Shown piece after piece: positions 31,411 through 46,020 of a stretch of 64,000 nt of DNA; within the stretch, counting starts at the first letter, position 1, and every line of letters begins with the position of its first letter. The notes beneath the pieces were generated by a model. The model ran no database searches and was not told where the DNA came from. It saw only the letters and a program-made list of their open reading frames with translations. The DNA comes from the human T2T-CHM13v2.0 reference genome, Homo sapiens: the NCBI RefSeq assembly GCF_009914755.1, contig NC_060942.1; one strand, 5' to 3'. Position numbers and translations under genes: made by a program.

Positions 31411-32389
31411 TGCTCATTCTCTGAACCTCCAAACCATGTCCATCTCTGCTATGGTCCACATGTGAATATACTCTAATTATTTCAATCTATTTGTATCTGT
31501 TTTTTCCAGCACACTAGAAATCCCTCAAGGCAATAAAACATCTTACTTTTTATTTTTCTCATGTCAATTTGTATTTCCTGTTGCTCTTTGTACTTTTTCC
31601 CTCTACAGCTATTTGGAGCACCAATATTGCTCTTTTTCTTTTTGTAACAACACAGAGAATAAAATCTCATTATAAGAAGATAACTTTAGTAAATTATAAT
31701 CAAAAGCTTTTCTTGGCAGTAAGTTTTAAGCAAATAATTATAACTGTAAAAGCTTCAAGAAGTTGCAAGAAGCTTAACAGATTTTTTGTTCATTGTCTAA
31801 AAACATACATCAGTTCTTTGGAATGATAAGCCACTTTCATGGTCTTGCACATAAAACTTCAGCATCGTTCTGTTTGTAATGATTGGCCCAGGGCTATCAG
31901 AGAGATGTCTGGGAGAAGTGACTTTGCTGTGTCAGGCATCAGATAAGTGCTAACAAGAAGGTCAGTTGTCTTCCCTCCAGAATCAACAGCAAAAAGAAAA
32001 TAAACCCTTTGGTGATTTCAAGAGGATAAATACATAAGATTAAAATAAAATTAAAAAGTGAGAAATATTGAATAAGCAAAGAAAAACCAAAATAAAAGCG
32101 ATGGTCCCCATATTAGGAAAGAAAACTTCCTTATCAGAGAGGACTTTGCTGACAGCCTTCTGAGAGTACACTGAGCAGGTTCGTGGAATTGATGCCATTA
32201 GGGCTAATATTAAAACAGAGCATTTAGTAGCAGTAAAGAAATTTATACAAATAGAAAATCTTTTTCTATTTTAGAAAATAATTAGAAAATAATTCTATAG
32301 GAAAGCAGATAATTTTTATCATGGATTCTTTACTTCCACAGTTAAAAGTATTAAATGTCTGATTCCAAATGTGGTTTGAGCTCTTCTTA

Positions 32390-32790
32390 AGAGGCAAGCA
32401 CTTTGCTAGCTTGTAGGCATACTGTGGTGAATAAGTTAAGACCAAGCACTTTAAAAAGATGACAGTATAATGGGGTATCTATATCTATATACCTATAACC
32501 TATATACCTATAACATATAGGTATACCTGTAACATATCTATAAAACAAGGTGATTGCATGTCAGGGGTGAGAAGCGCAATAGTAGGACAAAACACAGGAG
32601 GGAAATCTGACCAAGTATTGAGGCTTCAGAGTAGACTTTCTAGAGGATGTCACATATATGACGTGAAGCATGGGTAGAATTTATCTAAAGAAAATAATTT
32701 GAGAATAGGAAAGAACATTTAAAGCAAGAAAGTAGTGTATGAAATGAGAGGAAGTGAAAAAGAAAATAACGTGTTCTAGGAACAACAATC
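32390..32790 (-). mobile_element. L2 relic
   Basis: Purine-rich antisense L2 text 'gaggcttcagagtagactttctagaggatgt...gaaagaacatttaaagcaagaaag'. Confidence 0.6.
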
Positions 32791-33459
32791 ATTACCCACT
32801 GAAAGGGTTGGTTGCATTCTGGAAATGTATCGTGGAAGGCAAATCATGGTTGTCACAGGGAAGGTATCACTAAGAGTCCTGGATCAGGTAAAATGCATGA
32901 AGGTAATATATTTATGATTTAAAGACATCTTCTATCAAAATAATTCAATGAATTGAAATTAATTCCCCTAATGAAGCCTTCTAATCTAGTGTCACTTGAA
33001 TATTCAGTCAATCTGCAAATGGTCTTGAGTTGTTATGTTTCTCATAAGCCTGTTCTCCCACATGGTTTATGTTCTGTACCCAAGTGTTAAATTTTTTAGC
33101 TAATTCTGTTAAGCTCGTAATTACTGGCAGGTCCTTGTTGGTATTTTTTTAAGTTATCACAGTATTTTACAGCCTACTTTCTCAGTCTGGTTTTGTAATT
33201 GAATAATGATGCAGAATATTTTCTGTACTCTCCCTTTGATAATTCCATATGACCTTTAAAGTGGACAAAACAATATTTTTGTGTTTTTTAGATCTCTAAA
33301 TCATGAAATAAAAGCATACATTAAAAAAGATTTGTCATATGCAAGTGTGCAATAATATAATAAAATCAAGAGAGGACCACTGCCCAGTATGGTTAGAGGA
33401 AATAATAAAGTGAATGTCAAGAAATGAATATAGATAAGGCAGGGGAGACATCTCCAAAG

Positions 33460-34520
33460 CCTTTCCGTGTTTAATTAAAGAGCCTGGGATTTACACTGAA
33501 AGGGGTAATTAATAGCTAAGGAGAGTAAATTAGGCTAATGTCACAAAGCTTTATTGGGTGACTTTGGGGTTTGTGCATTTGAAGTGAATGAGGTCAAAGA
33601 TGGAAAAACCAATGGGTTTTGAGGATAATGATAAGATCTGGAAAACAGTCAAAAGTATTTGATGTCCTCAACTAGAGAAACACCAGTGGACATCTAAAGA
33701 AGGGAATATATTTGAGAGATATTTAAATAGGACCATCAATAAAACTAGGTGATTGAAGGTGGAATGTGAGGCAGAAAGGAGAGTAAACGTTGATCCTCAA
33801 GTTACTGAGTTGGACAAGCAAGTATATCAGCAGATCGTGCACTGACAATGGAGTCACAAGAAAGGGACACAAGTGAACACGTACTATGTGCCTCAAACTA
33901 TACTGCGTTCGCTTTTCACACACTATCCTATCAATTTTCCCAACCAACCAAATAAAGAAACTGAACCTCAAAGTGTGTTAAATAACACGTCCAATGTCAC
34001 ACAGCTAGTACATTGGGGAAAGTGAAACTCAAACCCAAAGACTCACCTATTTTTTTTTTACTAGGTTTATATATTTTGAGTTTGGGGTCCCAGTACAAGT
34101 TCAAAGTAGAGATGTCAAAGTAAGAAATAAACCTTTCCAAATTTTGAACCTGGGAGGAAGGCTACATAATTTTCAGTTGTGAAGCCAGGGGAATGAAAGC
34201 CACCATGCATGGAGAGTGAGAAGGCAAAGAGCCCAGGACAGCAATGTGTCAGACACAGAATGGAGGAAGGAACATTTGCAGAGAAGACAGAGAAAAAGCA
34301 TCCCTAAAAATGAATTAAAGTAGGAGCAATGTGTCATAGAAGCCAAGAAAATTGAAATTGCTCTAAGGAAAGTGGTCTCCAGTGTCAAATGCTACATTAA
34401 GATCAAGTTAAACAATGGCATGAAGGTGGCCGTGTAATATAGCAATAGGAACATTGTTGGTAAAGTCCAGGAGTCTTTTTTAGTAGAGTGATGAGGGTGG
34501 AATTCACCATAATCATTTCT
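33460..34520 (-). mobile_element. L2 relic interrupted by a MIR (~33880-34045)
   Basis: 'gtgtcatagaagccaagaaaa...gtgtcaaatgctac' L2 text; MIR 'aagaaactgaacctcaaag...gtcacacagctagt'. Confidence 0.7.
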
Positions 34521-36059
34521 CTTTAGTGAAAGAAAGGGAAATTACAAAGCAGGGACAGCAGCCGTTCAAGAAGTTGGACAGTGAAGATAAATTAAAGGGG
34601 TTTGTTACTTCTAGGAAGGGTACTTGTAGTTATTAGAAATACTGAAATATGTTCAAATGCTGCCATAAAGGAGACACACAGCCAGGCTTACTGTGGAGGG
34701 AAAGCAAAAGGTCAGGCTTTGACTGAGAATATTTACTATGTCACAGTAACAAGGTGATGTTTTCGGCTCATTTACCAACCAAGCCATTAGGGACATGCAA
34801 TATGCACATGCTGTTAACTGACATTTTGGGAAGACATGAATATTTTGCATCTCCTTTTCTCCTGGGTAGCATTGTTGCTAAAGGGAAAAGCTCAGCTATG
34901 ATCTATGTTAAACATAGAGATATATAAAGGGTTCCCTATTAATATAAGCTTATGTGCTTTGAGGCTCTTGCAAAGATTGTGAAGGGACATGCTTGGCCAT
35001 GGCTCATCATTATCCATCACCACAGGGAGGTGGGAGGACATGGGGAGGAATGTGGCACATGTGAGCTGCATGTTTTGTTTTTCTGTGAATCCATTGGTAA
35101 TTCACAGAATCATAAAATAGAAATGTAGTAGAACTCATACCAAGTCACAACACCTGTAACACTGAAACAGTCATCTTTGGGCAGCAAAAGTATAACATTG
35201 TTATATCAGTTGGTACATTATCTACAGTCAATATTGCTTTTATAATCTTATAAACTCTTCACATTTTGAATATATTCACACTCCTTTATTTTTTTCTCCA
35301 ACAACCCATAAACTGGAAGTAGACTTTTAGTTTATTTTAAAATCATACTTATTGTTCTTTTTCTGATTTTATGTTTAATGCATGCTCATCACAGAGATTT
35401 TCATGGTAAATAAACATTCAAATAAAAATTAAAATATTACTTATTTACCAAGCCATAGATAAGCATTGTTTTCCTTATGATATTATTTCTCTCTAGATTT
35501 TATTATGTGTATAAAATTTCCTTCTTAGGTAATTCTTTCATAAAATTGATCAAAATACTCCATTTTATTGTAGTTTTCAAATGACTTATCTATCTTTCTT
35601 TGTAACAGAATTATTTAAAAACATGAATTTAATAGCAGTGTATTATTAAATAATATAAATACATACAAATAAAATGTTTAGTAGTACAAAGAATATAATT
35701 TGTAGTATTATTTTAACCCTTTAACCATTGTACTATTCTTGAACATTCAAGGGCATGATAATGCAATAATCAAGATCTTTGTGCCCAGTTTATTATTTTG
35801 TTTTCTTCACTTAGAATAGATTTATAAAATGGGAATTATTAAATAGTAGGTTACATATAAAGTTAGTTTTTATCAAGATCTAACCATTTAAATTCCTGCC
35901 ACTAATGTAAGAGACTGCTACTATCAATCGTCTCACTTCTACATGGAATCTTTGAGATTTGCCTCCACATTTTGTATAATATTTGCTAATTTGAATGAGA
36001 AAGATCATTGTTTTAATTTGTACTTTAACTGAAGTAAACTTTAAAAAAAGATTATCATA

Positions 36060-36430
36060 CAATATAGTGTAGTGTTTACTATCATCGGATTTGGGGGTCA
36101 GACAGATTGGATTTAAACTTCAGCAGCTCCACCTAGTAGTGATGTTTCTTCAGCCAGTAACTTAACCACTCTAAGCCTCAATTCCTCCTGTAAGAATAAC
36201 AGCACCTCCTAAAGGCCAGGAACTCTTCGAAGAGTACCTTATATATTAATTCAGGTAATCTCCACAACACCATCATGGAAAAAAAGGCATTGTTATTATC
36301 TCAATATCTATGCTGTTAACCCGTATGCTACGCTGTCCCATAGGACTGTTGGAAGACTCACATGAGAAGGTATGTGTATGTAAAGCATTTTAGATCTATA
36401 CTGGAAACGGAGCATATACAATAATTAATA
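36060..36430. mobile_element. MIR fragments (both orientations)
   Basis: 'gtcagacagattggatttaaac...aaccactctaagcctcaattcctc' plus an opposite-strand piece. Confidence 0.65.
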
Positions 36431-38421
36431 GCCAAAATTAATTTTTTGTGTAAATTGCCTAGGTACTTTATTTATTATTCATTGGTATATTTGAAATTGT
36501 CTTATCAAAATATATACTTTTTTTCCTCTAGTAACAAAACCACTTGTTTGTCATGTGTTGCAAACTTTCTTTTGGTCTAGAAAACTATTAAACAAAACCA
36601 ATCATCTTTTTGATTCCTCTCAAAGATATGAAAGGTTAAACACAGGAGGTTTAGAGTACAGTAAGGACACAGAAATTTTTTTAAATTTAATTATTAATTT
36701 TTGTGGGTACATAGTATATGTATGGATAGAATACATAAAATGTTTTGATACAGGCATGCAATGCATAATAATAACATCATGGAAAATGGGTTATCTATCC
36801 CTTCAAGGATTTATCTTTTGTGTTGCAGACAATCCAAGTATACTCGTTTAGTTATTTTTAAATGTACAACTCAGTTATTATTGACTGTAGTCACCCTGCT
36901 GTGCTATCAAATAGTAGGTCTTATTCATTCTTTCTATTTTTTTTGTACCCATTAACTGTTCCTGTTTTCCTTCCAACCTATCACTACCCTTTCCAGCCTA
37001 TGGCAAACATTTTTCTAATCTCTATGTCTGTGAGTTCAATTGTTTGGATTTTTAAATCCCACAAATAAGTGAGAACATGCGATATTTGTCTTTCTGTGCC
37101 TGGCTTATTTCACTTAACAAAATGATCTCCAGTTCCATCCATGTTGTTACAAATGACAGGATCTCATTTTTTTATGTTTGAATAGTACTTCATTGTGCAT
37201 ATGTACCATATTTTCTTTATCTATTCATCTGTTGATGGACACTCAGGTTGCTTCCAAATCTTGGTGATTGTGAACACTGCTGCAAAAAACATAGAAGTGC
37301 AGATATTTCTTTGATATGCTGATTTCCTTTCTCTTGGGTATATACCCAGCAGTGGGATTGCTGGATCATCTGGTAGCTCCATTTTAAGATTTTTGAGTAC
37401 TCTCCAAACTGTTCTCCACAGTAATTGTATTAACTTACTTTTCCACCAACAGTGTATGAGCATTCCCTTTCATCCACATTATCGCCAGCATTTGTTATTG
37501 CTTATGTTTTGGATATAAGCCATTTTAACTAGGGTAAGATGATATCTCATTGCAATTTTAATTTGCATTTCTCTGATGAGCAATGATGTTGAGCACCTTT
37601 TCATATGCCTGTTTGCCATTGTATGTCTTCTTTAAAGAAATGTCTATTCAGATCTTTTGCCCATTTTTCAATTGGATTATTCAATTTCTTTTCTCTAAGT
37701 TGTTGGAGCTCCTGGTTATTAATCCCTTGTCAGACGGGTTGTTTGCAAATATTCTCTCCCATTCTGTGGGTTGTCTCTTCACTTTGTTGATTGTTTCCTT
37801 TGCTGTGCAGAACCTTTTTAATTTGATGTGATCCCATTTGTCCATTTTTGCTTTGGTTGCCTATGCTTGTAGAGTATTACTCAGGACATTTTTGCCCAGA
37901 CCAATGTCCTGGAGAGTTTCCCTAATGTTTTCCTGTAGTAGTTTCATAGTCTGAGGTCTTACATTTAAATATTTAATCCATTTTGATTTGGTTTTGGTAT
38001 ACAGTGAGAGATAGAGGGCCAGTTTCATAATTCTGCATATGAATATCCAGCTTTCCCAGCACCATTTATGGAAGAGACTCTCTTTTCCTACAGTGTATGT
38101 TCTTGGCACCTTTGTCAAAAATGGGCTCACTGTAGGTATATGAATTTGTTTCTGGGTTCTTCTTTTAGTTCCATTGGTCAATATGTCTGTTTTTATGCCA
38201 GTACCATGCTGTTTTGATTACTATAGCTCAATAGTATAATTTGAAGTCAGGTAATACGATTCCTACAGTTTTGTTCTTTTTACTTAGGATAGCTTTGATT
38301 ATTCTGGGTCTTTTGTGGTTTCATATAAATTTTAGGACTTTTTTTCTTTTTTGTGAAGAATGTCACTGGTATTTTGATAGGGATTTCATTGAATCTGTAG
38401 ACTGCTTTGGATAGTATGAAC

Positions 38422-38728
38422 TTTTTTTTTTTTTTTTTTTTTTTTTTGAGATGGAGTCTCGCTCTGTTGCCCAGGCTGGAGTGCAGTGGTGCAATCTCGG
38501 CTCACTGCAAGCTCTGCCTCCTGGGTTCATGCTATTCTCCTGCCTCAGCCTCCAAGTAGCTGGAACTACAAGTGCCCACCACCATGCCCAGCTTATTTTT
38601 TTGTATTTTTAGTAGAGACCGGGTTTCACCATGTTAGCCAGGATGGTCTCGATCTCCTGACCTCGTGATCTGCCTACCTCAGCCTCCCAAAGTGCTGGGA
38701 TTACAGGCGTGAGCCACTGCGCCCAGCC
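38422..38728 (-). mobile_element. AluY
   Basis: 'tgcaagctctgcctcctgggttcatgctattctc', 'gttagccaggatggtctcgatctcctgacctcgtg'; TSD tagtatg(a/g)a; long T tail. Confidence 0.96.
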
Positions 38729-39518
38729 TAGTATGGATGTTTTAACAATATTGATTCTTTCAATTCATGAACATAGAACATCTTTCCATTTTTTGGTGTC
38801 CTCTTCAATTTCTTTCATCAGTGTTTCATAGTTTTTATTACAGAGAACTTTCACTTCTTTGGTTAAGTAAATTTCTAGTATTTAATTTTATTTGTGGCTA
38901 TTGTAAATGAGACTGCTTTTAAATTTCTTTTTCAGATTGTTCATTGTTGGCATATAGAAATGCTACTAAGTGTTCTATGTTGATTTTGTACCCTGAAACT
39001 TTACTGAATTTGTTTATCAGTTCTAATAGATTTTTTGGTGGAGTCTTTAGGTTTTTCCAAATATAAGATCATATAATCTGCAAACAAGAATAATTTGACT
39101 TATCCCATTCCAGTCTGGATGCTTTTTATTTTTGTCTGTTATGATTGCTCTTGCTAGGACTTCAAGTACTATGTTGAATAACAGTGGTGAAACTTGGCAC
39201 CCTTGTCACTTCAAAGATCTTAAAGGAAAGGCTTTCAGTTTTTCCCCATTCAGTATGATACTAAATAGTATGATACTAGCAGTGAATCTGTCATATATGG
39301 TTTTTATTGTGTTGAGGTATGCTTTTTCTATACTTAGTTTTTTGAGCTTTTTTTTATTATGAAGGAATGTTGAATTTTATCAAACGCTTTTTCAGCATCC
39401 GTTGAAATGATCATATGGCTTTTGTCCTTCATTCTGTTGATGTGATTTATCACACTGATTGATTTGCATATGTTAAACTACTCTTGCATCCTGGGGATGA
39501 ATCACACTTGGTCATGAC

Positions 39519-40104
39519 TGTTGGGGAAACCAGCCCCACACTACCCAGCGGGTACCCCGAGTCCGGTGGAGATAAAGGAGTTAGAAAGAGACAGAATAAG
39601 CATTTAAAAGGCGGGTCGAGGGGATCGGAGAGTGGGAGGCTTGCTCACGGCCCAGAGCTCTCAAGCTCCACCCAATTTATTGGTTTACAAGCTCTTTCTT
39701 CTTAGGGCAGATGGAAGGGGGAGGGAGGGATGAGGAAAAGGATCAATCAGTGAAGGAAAACTCGTGAGTCATTCAATAAGATGTATAGCAGTGGCAGTTT
39801 CTGTGAATTTCCTTGAGCAAAGGCATGTGTCTAAACGACTTAAGATCTTTAACTTATCAGGACTGAAACGGGTGGGAGCGGGTTCCAGGAGGAGCCCAGA
39901 CGTTTGATTATACTCCACTGCTTCAAAGGTAGTGTTATCTCCGTGAGCAACCTGTGGAATGCTGCTGAGCTGTTATGTTCTCGAGGCATAAAGACGTGAA
40001 GGCAATAAGGAGACTTTTCTCCTCAGAGGCCGCCCATGACTTCCCATGGGTGTCTCACACAGGGGAGACCAACTCAACTGGCACCCCAGAAACTCTTTTT
40101 CCCA
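39519..40104 (-). mobile_element. LTR14-family (HERV-K14, LTR14B/C-like) solo LTR
   Basis: ~586 bp TG...CA unit; TSD (T)CATGAC at 39512-39518 and 40105-40111; reverse strand begins tgggaaaaagagtttctggggtgccagttgagttggtctcccc; minus-strand AATAAA near 39677-39682. Confidence 0.85.
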
Positions 40105-42320
40105 TCATGACGAATGATCTTTTTAATATGTTGTTTAATTCAGTTTGCCAGTATTTTTTTGAGGATTTTCGCATAAATATTCATCAGAAATATTGGCTTA
40201 TAGTTTTCTTTATTTGAATTGTCTTTGTCTGATTTTTGTATCGGGTAATACTTACCTCACAGATTGAGTTTGGAAGTATTCCTTTCCCCTGTGTTTTTCA
40301 GAATAGTTTGAGTAGGATTGACATTAGTTCTTCTTTAAATGTTTGGTAGAATTCAGCAGTAAAGCCATTGGGTCCTGAGCTTTTCTTTACAAGGAGACTT
40401 TTGATCATGGCTTTGATCTTGTTACATATGATTGATCTGTTCAAGTTTTGGTTTTCTTTCTGATTCAATTGTGGTAGTTTCTATGTGTCTAGGAACTGCC
40501 CATTTCTTCTAAATTTTTTCTATTAATTGGCATATAGTTGGTTACAGTAGTCACTAATGATGTTTTGAATTTCTGTGGTATCAGTTGTAATGCTTCTCTT
40601 TTCATCTGTGATTTTATTTATTTGGTTCTTCTTTCTTTTTTGCTAAGTTAGTCTGGCTAAAGGTTTATCACTATTTTTTAACTTTTCAAAAAAGCCAACT
40701 TTTTGTTTCCTTAATCTTTTGTATTGTTTTCTTCATTTTATTTGTTTCTGCTCTGATTTTTATTTTATTTTCTTCTATACTGATTTTTATTTTATTTTCT
40801 TCCAGTAATTTTTTTGGTTTGTTTTGCTCTTGGTTTTCTCATTCTTTAGGATGCATCACTAGATTGTTTATTTGAAATTTTTCTTCTTTATTAATGTAGG
40901 CATTTATAGCTATAAACTTCCTTTTTAGTACTGCTTTTGCTGTCTCCCACAGGTTTTTGTATGTTGTGTTTCCATTATCATGTGTTTTGAGAAATTTTTC
41001 AATTTTATTCTTAATTTCCTTATTGACCTACTGGTTATTCAGGAGCATATTGTTTAATTTCCACGTGTTTGCAAAGTTTCCAAAATTCCTCTCGTTACTG
41101 ATTTCTAGTTTTATTCTATTGTGGTCAGAGAAGATGCCGGAAATTATGTCAATTTTTTGAATGTTTTAAGGATTGTTTTATGACCTAACATATGGTTTAT
41201 CCTTGAGAATAATCCATGTGTTGAGGATGAGAATCTGTATTTTGAAGCTGTTGGATGAAATGTTCTGTAAATATCTATTAGATTCATTTGGTCCACAGTG
41301 CAGATTAAGTCTGATGTTTCTTGCTGATTTTCTGTCTGGAAGATCTGTCCAATGCTGATGTGGGGTGTTGAAGTCTTCAGCTATTATTGTAATGGGGCCT
41401 TTCTCTTAAGCTCTAATAGTATTTTCTTTATATAGCTGTGTGATCTAATTTTGGGGTTCATATATATTTAAGATTGTTATATCCTCTTGGTGAATTGACC
41501 CCTTTATCATTATATAGTGACATTCTTTGTTTCTTCTCATAGAATTGTCTTTAAATCTATTTTGTCTGATATAAGTATAGCTACTCCTGCTCTTTGTTGA
41601 TTTCCAATGGCATGGAATATTTTTTCTATCCCTTTATTTTCAGTTTATGTGTATCTTTATAGGTGAAGTATGTTTCTTATAGGCAACATATTATGGGTCT
41701 CTTTTTCTTATCCATTCAGCCACCCCATGTCTTTTGATTGGAGAGTTTAGACTATTTATATTCAATGTTATTATTGATAAGTAAAAACTTTTCTGCCATT
41801 TTGTTATTTGTTTACTGGTTGTTTTGTGATCATCTCTTCCTTCTTTGTTTTCTTCCTGTTTTTCCTTGGTGAAGGTGATTATCTCTGGTAATAAGACTTA
41901 GTTTCTTGATTTTTATTTTTTATGTTTCTGTTGTATGTTTTTTGGTTTCAGGTTACCATGACACACACAAATACTATCATAAACCATTATTTTAAGCTTA
42001 TAATCACTTAACACTGTTTGCATAAACAACTAAGAAAAAAGAAAATGAATAAAAACTCTGTGCCTAAACTTCATCACCCTGCTTTTAAACTTTATGTTAT
42101 TTCTATTTATATCTTATTTTTCTGTCTATCTTGAAAAGTTATTGTAGTCATGTTTTTTTTAATTTCTTCATCATTTATTCTTTGTACTTAGGATAAGAGT
42201 AGCTTACACATCACAGTTACAGTGTAATCATATTCTGTGCTTTTCTGTGTATTTGCTATTACCAGTGAGTTTTGTACCTTCAGGTGATTACTGATTTATT
42301 ACTCAGTAACATTCTTTTCC

Positions 42321-42622
42321 TGTTTTTTTTCTGTTTGTTGAGATGGCGTCTCACTGTTATCACCCAGGCTGGAGTAAAGTGGCATGATTTCGACTCACTG
42401 CAACCTCTGCCTCCCGAGTTCAAGTAATTCTCATGTTTCAGCATCCTGAGAAGCTGGGATTACAGGCATCCACCACCACATCTGGCTAATTTTTGTAATT
42501 TTTAGTACAGACAAGATTTCACCATGTTGGCCAGGCTGGTCTCGAACTCCCAACATCAAATGATCTGCTGGCCTAAGACTACCAAAGTGCTAGGGTTACA
42601 GGTGTGAGCCACCATGCCCAGC
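42321..42622 (-). mobile_element. Alu (older AluS/J-type)
   Basis: Diverged dimer; TSD cagtaacat(t/c)cttttc. Confidence 0.93.
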
Positions 42623-43715
42623 CAGTAACATCCTTTTCTTCCTTATTGAAGCACTCCCTTTAGCATTTCTTGGAAGATGGGTGTAGTGTTGATGCAATAC
42701 CTCAGCTTTTGTTTATCTCCTAAAATCTTTATTTCTCCTTCCTGTTTGTAGTATATTTTCACTCAGCTATACTATTCTAGGTTAAAAGTTTTCTTTTTTT
42801 TCCTCCAGCACTTTAAATATGCCATACCACTCTCTCCTGGCCTATTAGGTTCTCACTGAAAAGTTCATTAGGGTTCCATTGTATGTTATTTGTTTTTTTC
42901 TTCTTGCTGCTTTTAAGATCCTATCTTTACCCTTGATCTTTGGTTGGTTGATTATTAAATGCCTTGAGGTAGTAGTCTTCTTTGTGTTAAATTCACCTGG
43001 TATTCTATAAGTTTCTTGGATTTGGATATTGATATCTTTCTCTAGGTTTGGGAAGTTCTCTCTCATTATTTTTTTGATTAAACTTCCCAGCCCTACCTAT
43101 TTCTCCACTTCCTCTTTAAGTCCAATAACTCTTAGATTTGCCTTTTTGAGGCTATTTTCTAGATTCTATAGTGTGCTTCATTGTTTTTTATTCTTTTTTC
43201 TTTGTCTCCTTTGATTGTATATTTTCAAACAGCCTGCCTTCAAGCTCACAAATTCTTTTGCTTGATCAATTCTGCAATTAAAAGACGCTAATGCATTCTT
43301 CAGTATGCCAAATGCATTTTCAGCTCCATAATTTCTGCTTGATTCTTTTAAATTATTTTAATCTTTGTTAAATTTATCTGATAGAATTCTGAATTCCTTC
43401 TCTGTGTTACCTTGAATTTCTTTGTGTTTCTTCAACATAGCTATTTTGAATTATCTATCTGAAAGGTCACATCTCTCTGTTTCTCCAGGATTGGTACCTG
43501 GTGCCTTATTTAGTTCCTTTGGTGAGATGATTTTTCCCTGGAATATCTTGATAGTTGTAGATGTTCTTCTATGTCTGGGCATTTAAGAATTAGGTATTTA
43601 TTTTAGTTGTCACTGTCTGGGTTTGTTTGTACCTATCCTTCTTAAGAAGGCTTTCCATGTATTTGAAAGGATTTGGGTGCTGTGATTTAAGTTGTATCTA
43701 CTTTAGAGAGCACCC

Positions 43716-46020
43716 TGTATTATGTCATTCTCACACTGCTAATAAAGACATACCCAAGGCTGGGTAATTTATAAAGGAAAAAGGTTTAATGTATTCATAG
43801 TTCTGCATGGCTTGTGAGGCTTCACAATTATGATGAAAGGCAAAGAAGAAGCAAAGGCATGTCTTACATGGTGGAAGGCAAGAAAGCATGTGCAGGGAAG
43901 CTTGTCTTTGTAAAACCATCTGATCTTGTGAGATTTATTCAGTATCATGAGAACAGCAAGGGAAAGATGTGATGCCATGATTCAATTGCCTCCCACCAGG
44001 TACCTCTCATGACACATGGGAATTGTGGGAACTGCAATTGAAGATGAGATTTGGGTGGGGACACAGCCAAACCATATCATTCTGCCCTTTGCCCCTCCCA
44101 AATCTCATGTCCTAACATTTCAAAACCAATCAAGCCTTGCCAACAGTCCCCCAAAGTCTTAACTCATTTCAGCATTAACTCAAAAGTCCACAGTCCAAAG
44201 TCTCATCTGAGACAAGGCAATTCCCTTTTGCCTATGAGCCTGTAAAATCAAAAGCAAGTTAGTTAATCCTAGATACAATGGGGATACAGGCATTGGGTAA
44301 ATGCATCCATTCCAATTGGGAGAAATTGGCCAAAACAAAGGAGCTACAGGATCCATGGAAGTTCAAAAATCCAATATGGTAGTCATTAAATCTTAAAGTT
44401 TCAAAATGATCTCTTTTGACTTCATGTCTCACATCCAAGTCATACTGATGAAAAAGGCCATCTCCCACAGCCTTGAGCAGCTCAACCCCTGTGGCTTAGC
44501 AGGACACAGCACACTTTCTGACTGCTTTCCCGGCTGACATTGAGTGTCTGCAGTTTTTCCAGGTGCACGGTGCAAGCTGTCAGTGGGTCTACCATTCTGG
44601 GGTCTGGAGGATGGTGGCCCTATTTTCACAGCTCCACTAGGCAGTGCCCCAGTGGGGACTCTGTGTGGGGGCTTGCACCCCACAATTCCCTTCCACACTG
44701 CCCTAGCAGAGGTTCTTCATGAGAGCCCCGCCACTGCAAGAAACTTCTGCTTGGACATCCAGGCATTTCCATACATCCTCTGAAATCTAGATGGAGGTTT
44801 CTAAGCCTCAATTCTTGACTTTTGTACACCTGCAGGCTCAACACCACATGGAAGCTTGGGGTTTGTACTCTCTGAAGCAATGGGTTGAGCTGCACCTTGG
44901 TGTCTTTTAGCCTTGGCTGGAACTGAAGCAGCTTGGCACAAGGGATCATGTCCCAAGGCTGCACAGAGAAGTGGGGCCCTGGGCCAGACCCAGAAAACCA
45001 TTTTTTCCTCCTAGGCCTCTGGGCCTGTGATGGAAGGGGCTGCCTGGAAGGTCTCTGACATGCCCTGGAGACATTTTCCCATTGTGTTGGTGATTAACAT
45101 TAGGCTCCTCATTACGTGTGTAAATTTCTTCAACTGGCTTGAATTTCTTCCCAGAAAATGGGTTTTTCTTTTCTATCAAATTGTCAGGCTGCAAATTTTC
45201 TGCACTTTTATCTTCTGCTTCCTCTTGAATGCTTTGCTTCTTAGAATCGTTTCTGCCAGATACCCTAAATCATCTCTCTCAAGTTCAATGTTCCACAGTT
45301 CTCCAGGGCAGGGGCAAAATGCTGCCAGTCTCTTTGCATAGCAAGTGTGATCTTTACTCCAGTTCCCAACAAGTTCCTCATTTCCATCTGAGACCACCTT
45401 AGCCTGTACCTTATTATCCATATCACTATCAGCATTTTGGTCAAAGCCATTCAACAAGTCTCAAGGAAGTTCCAAACTTTTCCACATCATCCTGTCTTCT
45501 GAGTCCTCCAAGTCTCTATGAAGTTCCAAAATTTCCACATTTTCCTATCTTCTTCTGAGCCCTCCAAACTGTTCCAACCTCTGCCTGTTACCCAGTTCCA
45601 AAGTTGCTTCTACATTTTTGGATATCTTTACAGCAGCGCTGCACTACCCAGTACCAATTTACTGTATTAGTCTGTTCTCATGCTGCTAATAAAGACATAC
45701 CCAAGACTGGGTAATTTGTAAAGGAAAGAGATTTAATGGGTTCACAGTTCCACATGGCTGGGGAGGTATCACAATTGTGGTGGAAGGCAAGGAGAAGCAA
45801 AGGCACATCTTACAGGGTGGAAGGCAAGAGAGCATATGCAGGGGAACTCCCCTTTATAAAACCCTCAGATCTCATGAGACTTATTCACTATCATGAGAAC
45901 AGCAAAAGACCCACTCCCACGATTGAATGACCTCCCACGGGCTCCCTCCCTGACACGTGGGAAATATGGGAGCTACAGTTCAAAATGAGATTTGGATGGG
46001 GACACAGACAAGCCATATCA
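43716..46020 (-). mobile_element. Full-length THE1 (C/D-like): LTR 43716-44079, internal 44080-45662, LTR 45663-46020
   Basis: Two homologous LTRs (tgtatta...accatatca), THE1 internal sequence, 5-bp TSD CACCC/CACCT. Confidence 0.95.

Noticed and set aside
43716-46020. Cluster of overlapping ORFs at 43.7-46 kb and the ~55 bp tandem duplication near 45455-45570
   Set aside because: All lie within THE1; the duplication resembles a common feature of THE1 internal sequence.
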